A stretch of DNA of 18,515 nt from Candidatus Vampirococcus lugosii (GTDB lineage Bacteria > Patescibacteriota > Gracilibacteria > Absconditabacterales > Absconditicoccaceae): positions 1-18,515 of the forward strand of contig NZ_JAEDAM010000101.1 in assembly GCF_018420025.1 (NCBI RefSeq), in the 5' to 3' direction. The translations under genes were made by a program, and so were the position numbers. Positions 18,413 to 18,515 of this stretch are shown piece by piece. A model generated the notes under the pieces. It worked only from the letters and a program-made list of their open reading frames with translations, was not told the origin of the DNA and did no database searches. Position 1 is the stretch's first letter, and every line of letters begins with the position of its first letter.

Positions 18413-18463
18413 AAAATAAAATTATAAAATTTGTGTACTACACAAATTTTATAATTTTATTTT
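18413..18463. repeat. perfect 25-bp-arm palindrome (51 nt)
   Basis: AAAATAAAATTATAAAATTTGTGTA (18413..18437), c at 18438, TACACAAATTTTATAATTTTATTTT (18439..18463). The arms are exact reverse complements. Confidence 0.9.
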
Positions 18464-18514
18464 AAATAATTTAAATATTTTTTCTTGAAGCTCATTTATT
18501 TGTTCTACTTTATT
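18449..18514 (-). CDS. possible 3' end of a gene entering from the right edge
   Basis: The minus frame reads NKVEQINELQEKIFKLFKIKL* with TAA at 18451..18449, inside the palindrome. Only 21 codons are visible, so this is weak. Confidence 0.2.
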   Translation of the reverse strand, partial: NKVEQINELQEKIFKLFKIKL

Positions 18515-18515
18515 T

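Noticed and set aside
1-18515. Reading TGA as tryptophan (table 4, Mycoplasma/Spiroplasma-like), which the AT-richness initially suggested.
   Set aside because: TGA aligns with invariant Gly positions (L27 FGG, L32 CxxCG, RNase III EFLGD, the P-loop, HIGN, MraY DGLDGL). Trp at those positions would destroy the motifs. Genuine Trp positions use TGG.
1-18515. Search for CRISPR arrays, tRNA genes and rRNA genes.
   Set aside because: I saw no regularly spaced direct repeats, no cloverleaf-compatible GC-rich ~75-nt segments (no GTTCGA-type T-arm) and no rRNA-like conserved blocks. This was done by eye, so tRNAscan-SE or Infernal should confirm it.

Overview
This is a very AT-rich bacterial window. 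The supplied standard-code ORF track is badly fragmented because in-frame TGA is a sense codon here. TGA falls on invariant glycines of L27, L32, RNase III, SecF, MraY, TrpRS, CysRS, a Walker-A loop and a 2Fe-2S ferredoxin. I therefore read the window with translation table 25 (UGA=Gly; Gracilibacteria/Absconditabacteria-type, CPR). Re-translated, 22..14736 is an almost unbroken run of minus-strand genes. In order these are: the 5' part of an IS630-like transposase, a Cas4-like PD-(D/E)XK nuclease, nrdB, an AAA_28-like ATPase, secF, rnc, nusB, rpmF, rpmA, a small membrane protein, cysS, a ferredoxin, a PH-like membrane protein, mraY, an RNase H-like exonuclease, trpS and pepF. The run is interrupted at 8.6-8.9 kb by a GC-enriched plus-strand promoter-to-terminator unit of unknown function. 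The stretch 14.8-16.4 kb looks accessory. It holds a lipoprotein with a type IV pilin-like globular domain, a ~120-bp second copy of that gene's 3' end, and a start-less plus-strand ORF with a Kazal-like Cys-rich module plus two ~75-aa repeats. After that come a hypothetical gene, a GT4 glycosyltransferase and a decayed rve-type transposase. A 35-bp repeat next to the transposase recurs, inverted, at 6.56 kb. I recognised no rRNA, tRNA or CRISPR array. All coordinates come from manual translation, and all homology statements are motif recognition by eye, not database searches.
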